64,000 nucleotides of DNA from Epithemia pelagica (lineage: Eukaryota > Protista > Bacillariophyta). The stretch spans positions 1,984,001 through 2,048,000 of the forward strand of contig OX337231.1 of assembly GCA_946965045.2 (NCBI GenBank), written 5' to 3'. The position numbers and the translations under genes are program-made. The notes under the pieces are model-generated. The model was not told the DNA's origin, did not search any database, and saw nothing but the letters and a program-made list of their open reading frames with translations. Positions 63,309 to 64,000 of this stretch are shown here, piece by piece (within the stretch, counting starts at the first letter, position 1; every line of letters starts with the position of its first letter).

Positions 63309-64000
63309 ATGAATTCCAACGAGGTCGAAGGTTCAATCATTAGAAGCATAGAAGGGAAACAAGTCATTGATATAAATAAATTTGATGCGGAACATTCGCT
63401 GGATGACCTGGCAAGAGTCCTGTCGGAACACGAGTCCCTGGACAAGTTGTGCATCATGGGGGATGAATTGGACAGGAGACCCATCAGCCACGCCGAGATT
63501 GGTCGTTTGATGGAGGCCATTGAAGGACATTCAAACTTGACGAAAATGTCCCTCCCGCGTTGTTGGGCCTCAACCGAAACGGACACGAGAATGATCCGGC
63601 ATTTCTCGGATAGCCCCAAATTGGTGCTCCTGAACCTACAACTAGGGTTTATTTTGTCGAGATCCGGCATGCCCTCTCCTGGCATCCGTTTGGATTTGTA
63701 TGACAATGTCACCATTCGGTTGGAGGTGTTCCAAGAACTTACGAAAATGCCCAATCTCATGTCCTTAAAAATACCCACTCCTCTCATGTCCTCAGAGGGA
63801 CACCGCACTACCCTTCGCACATTGATCAATTTAACGAACGACCCAATGTGCAATATTTCGCAAATGTCCTTTGCCACAAAACTGAGTCGCCAAGATCTTG
63901 AAAATTTGAGCAACTACGAGAAGTTGACGGAACTATCCATGGCATATGTCAATGCTGATCAATTACGTTTCTTGTTCCCCTTGAGTCAGCTGGAGAAAGT
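63309..64000 (+). CDS. LRR/RNI-like protein, copy 3 (runs off window end)
   Basis: ATG 63309, MNSNEVEGSIIRSIEGK. Nearly identical to copy 2 but without its 6-bp insertion. Confidence 0.75.
   Translation, partial: MNSNEVEGSIIRSIEGKQVIDINKFDAEHSLDDLARVLSEHESLDKLCIMGDELDRRPISHAEIGRLMEAIEGHSNLTKMSLPRCWASTETDTRMIRHFSDSPKLVLLNLQLGFILSRSGMPSPGIRLDLYDNVTIRLEVFQELTKMPNLMSLKIPTPLMSSEGHRTTLRTLINLTNDPMCNISQMSFATKLSRQDLENLSNYEKLTELSMAYVNADQLRFLFPLSQLEK

Larger units (their letters stand above)
49230..64000. repeat. Tandem array of an ~5-kb two-gene cassette (2 full units plus start of a third)
   Basis: Colinear units ~49230-54146, 54147-59137 and 63029-end. The junction ccttagttaTTAAgcaaaaag is empty at 54143 and piggyBac-filled at 59134/63025. 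Confidence 0.92.

Noticed and set aside
49230-64000. Tandem units as an assembly artefact
   Set aside because: The copies differ by many substitutions, several indels and a TE insertion with a clean empty site. Haplotype stitching cannot be fully excluded without reads.
1-64000. CRISPR arrays, rRNA or tRNA genes
   Set aside because: No spaced short repeats or RNA-gene structures seen. The only tRNA-like signal is the 11-bp putative PBS.

Overview
Eukaryotic nuclear DNA, most likely a pennate diatom. Evidence: short GT-AG introns, bipartite signal/plastid presequences, and CoDi-like Copia and diatom-type Gypsy elements. Bases 1-23,300 are a compact housekeeping block (RRM protein, TMEM185-like, plastid BASS transporter, VPS28, arrestin, sulfotransferase, histidine phosphatase, PhoD, DHHC-family palmitoyltransferase, Mpo1-like) with one 2.8-kb two-gene PIF/Harbinger insertion. 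From 23,397 onward the window is a nested transposon pile-up. A Gypsy element is split in its RT by a full-length Copia (783-bp LTRs, GTTCC TSD). The Gypsy 3' LTR is cut by a piggyBac that carries a second gene with a P2X7-ballast/KolX-like domain. That piggyBac is itself cut by a 7.8-kb element with 25-bp TIRs encoding a giant transposase-like protein and a RecQ-like helicase (AcademH-like). Then comes a tandem array of an ~5-kb cassette (LRR/RNI-like gene plus restriction-endonuclease-kinase gene) with a second copy of the piggyBac at a TTAA site. All domain calls are from motifs read by eye; no searches were run.
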